NCBI RefSeq assembly: GCF_963921235.1
Contig: NC_086097.1
Coordinates: forward strand, 172,858,001 to 172,922,000
Reading direction: 5' to 3'
Length of the DNA: 64,000 nt
DNA from: Mobula hypostoma
Taxonomy: Eukaryota
The position numbers and the translations under genes were made by a program. The notes beneath the pieces are model-generated. The model worked only from the letters and a program-made list of their open reading frames with translations, was not told the origin of the DNA and did no database searches. Of the stretch, positions 63,770 to 64,000 are shown piece by piece (the first letter of the stretch is position 1; each line of letters starts with the position of its first letter).

Positions 63770-64000
63770 CTAAAATAGGGCATAATTAACCCAGATTAAG
63801 CAAAAGAAAAACATGATATTCTAGGCAAGTACACAGGGAAGAAAGAAACTGTGATCACAGAAAGGAGGCTTGTATAGAACATTGACTCCAAAGATCAGAT
63901 AGGCCAAATTAATTTGAAAAAGTTGCAGAAAATTCTATAGTCTTTACAAATCAAAGTATAACAAAAAGTAAAATGCCTTAAAATTTAAACATTTAAAACA

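Overview
Eukaryotic (vertebrate) genomic DNA, most likely from a cartilaginous fish such as a ray or shark. This is inferred from the repeat families (CR1 with (CTATGTTT)n tails, Rex1/Babar, DeuSINE, Penelope) and the divergence of the host gene. The right half carries the last 9 coding exons of VPS13B (COH1) on the minus strand: 63769 down to the TAG stop at 31138-31140, all introns GT-AG, phases consistent, 2270 coding nt. The rest is dense, often nested, decayed transposons: CR1 LINEs (one inside another, one inside a Passport-like Tc1 that itself sits in a Rex1 tail), Rex1/Babar LINEs, a Gypsy LTR relic, an internally deleted Charlie/Buster-type hAT element, Tc1 derivatives and SINEs. Two observations stand out. 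First, a family of short Penelope-derived insertions carries a minimal type I hammerhead ribozyme motif and folds back on itself at the ribozyme core; one copy is a perfect 181-bp palindrome with a 17-bp target-site duplication. Second, an approximately 194-nt non-repeat hairpin at 26006-26199 has transition differences that all preserve G:U pairing on the + strand. No prokaryotic features or CRISPR arrays were seen. All family assignments come from recognised motifs, not database searches.
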